Of a DNA stretch of 64,000 nt, positions 62,601 to 64,000 are shown piece by piece. The notes beneath the pieces are model-generated. The model was given only the letters and a program-made list of their open reading frames with translations, ran no database searches and was not told the DNA's origin. Positions within the stretch are counted from its first letter, which is position 1. Every line of letters starts with the position of its first letter. The stretch comes from Lingula anatina. Its lineage: Eukaryota; Animalia; Brachiopoda. Both the position numbers and the translations under genes were made by a program. The stretch is taken from assembly GCA_051362555.1 (NCBI GenBank), contig CM120642.1, positions 15,686,001 through 15,750,000 on the forward strand, read 5' to 3'.

Positions 62601-63638
62601 CAAAACTGACCTCCATTGACACAGCATGGCCTTGTCAGTGTTTAAACTAAAATATGCCAATTACAGATGCTTTGTGAAAACCGACTTTCCCAGTTCAAAC
62701 CAAAGAAAATACCATTACTTTATTAATCACTGCATGGTTGAGTCATGGAGACCGGGGGAAGTGGAGGAAGATAACTTTTGCAGACTGAATTTCCACACAG
62801 GTCATAACTCAATGTTGTTTTATCACAGAAATCCTATCTTACCTTGTGAGGTATATTACAGAAATCCTACCTTACCTTGTGAGGTATATGAGCAGAGGGC
62901 AAAACGTAAAGCATCAGTTCCACATTCAGGAATACCATTAGGGAAATCTTCTTTCTGAAAGGGGTATTAGATAATATTCAGATCTCTTAAAATAAAGTGA
63001 ACTTCATTTTTCTTTTTCACGAAAAGGTGAATAAATTCTATATGCAAACACTATATACATTTTAGTTCTACAACTGGGGAACTGCAGTGAATTCTTATCA
63101 GCTGGGGCAAATAAAGCCTTTAAAATAAATCACTTGACCAAATATAACCTAAGTAATTTATAACTTTTGCTTACCTGTCCTTTCTTGGCCCTCTCAATTT
63201 CCTTAGGATCTAAATTGCTGTTGTACAGTTGCTTGTGCAAATCCTACAAAGAAAACAATACACTTCTACTTCAAAAAGAACAAAGGTATAACAAATACAT
63301 AAAGATCCAAATACTGGAACACAGTTTATTGGTTAGGAGTCTTCACGTGCTACAAAATATAGGTAGTGAATCAATAGTAAATTCTTTCATTTGCCACATG
63401 AAGGAATATACGGAAACTATTTAAGATACAAATATCTAAAATCTTCTCAGTTAACTCTCTATCATTAGGTGCATCATTCTGTTTTTCCACAGGATCTGAA
63501 TCATTCTAATAAAATAAATTAGGATATATTTACCTCAAGTGAAATGCCATTGATCACATCCACTGGGTCTATAGTGTTACCCAGGGACTTGCTCATCTTC
63601 CTGCCATGAGCATCTCTAACCAAGGCATGGAGGTAGAC
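59675..63638 (-). CDS. VARS1: Valyl-tRNA synthetase, last 10 exons (5'-partial)
   Basis: Phase-consistent minus-strand exons: 63534-63638 ([21 protein letters not shown], class I KMSKS), 63175-63243, 62876-62954 ([18 protein letters not shown]), 62434-62561 ([22 protein letters not shown]), 62070-62225 ([21 protein letters not shown]), 61563-61769 ([19 protein letters not shown]), 61126-61237, 60557-60729, 60063-60212 (coiled coil, YAQKVP), 59675-59743 (ends TAA). Confidence 0.96.
62825..62890. repeat. 33 bp tandem duplication spanning a VARS exon end and its splice donor
   Basis: ACAGAAATCCTA(T/C)CTTACCTTGTGAGGTATAT occurs twice in tandem. Confidence 0.9.
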
Positions 63639-64000
63639 CTTAAAGAATATAACACTCAGAGATCAAAATCACATGTTGTAAGAAAAAGATCTGCATCTTA
63701 AAATACACCAAATATGAAAATTTAATGGCCAACTAAATTGAGATTGCTGCAATTTTGTATTGCATGCATCGTATTTTAATTTCCTGTTTAACTATTTTGA
63801 TACAATAATAACTGTCCATGAAAACTATAAATCTATAAAACTATAAACACCTTACTGAAAAATTCTGAAAACAAGCTTTTAAAATTCACTTTGTTACTTT
63901 AACATAATTTATAACATGTTTCTCACAGTCTATGCATATAACATTTTGCTCATATTGTTTTATAAGTTTTTTATCACATGTACCTCTTTGAAAGGCAGTT

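Noticed and set aside
59675-63638. Functional link between the putative RNase cluster and the neighbouring tRNA synthetase
   Set aside because: Convergent neighbours in an animal genome; adjacency alone is not evidence of a shared pathway.

Overview
AT-rich, intron-containing animal genomic DNA, probably a mollusc or other lophotrochozoan-type invertebrate (inferred from gene and repeat content). Left half (+ strand): the 3' part of a 16-exon-in-window ADAMTS-like gene (Cys-rich, spacer, 3 TSP1) ending in nine ShKT domains, with an intronless FMRFamide/sex-peptide-receptor-like GPCR nested on the same strand in an 11 kb intron. Right end (- strand): the last 10 exons of valyl-tRNA synthetase. 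Between them is the most striking feature, a tandem cluster of three intact, intronless paralogs. Each encodes TPR repeats, a Gly/RGG-acidic linker and a C-terminal ~85 aa domain. From memory, that domain's motif pattern (D-x-x-GH-x-x-S-x-WKV ... D-x-x-G-x-x-I-x-KH ... G-x-x-I ... DL) resembles bacterial polymorphic-toxin RNase domains (Ntox35-like, related to Ntox21). Two of the paralogs sit in a ~10.5-11 kb tandem duplication that also holds relics of further deleted copies. Also present: two Tc1/mariner relics, a stack of PIF/Harbinger-type MITEs, SINE/tRNA-derived elements and microsatellites. All homology calls come from reading the sequence; no searches were run, and repeat boundaries are approximate.
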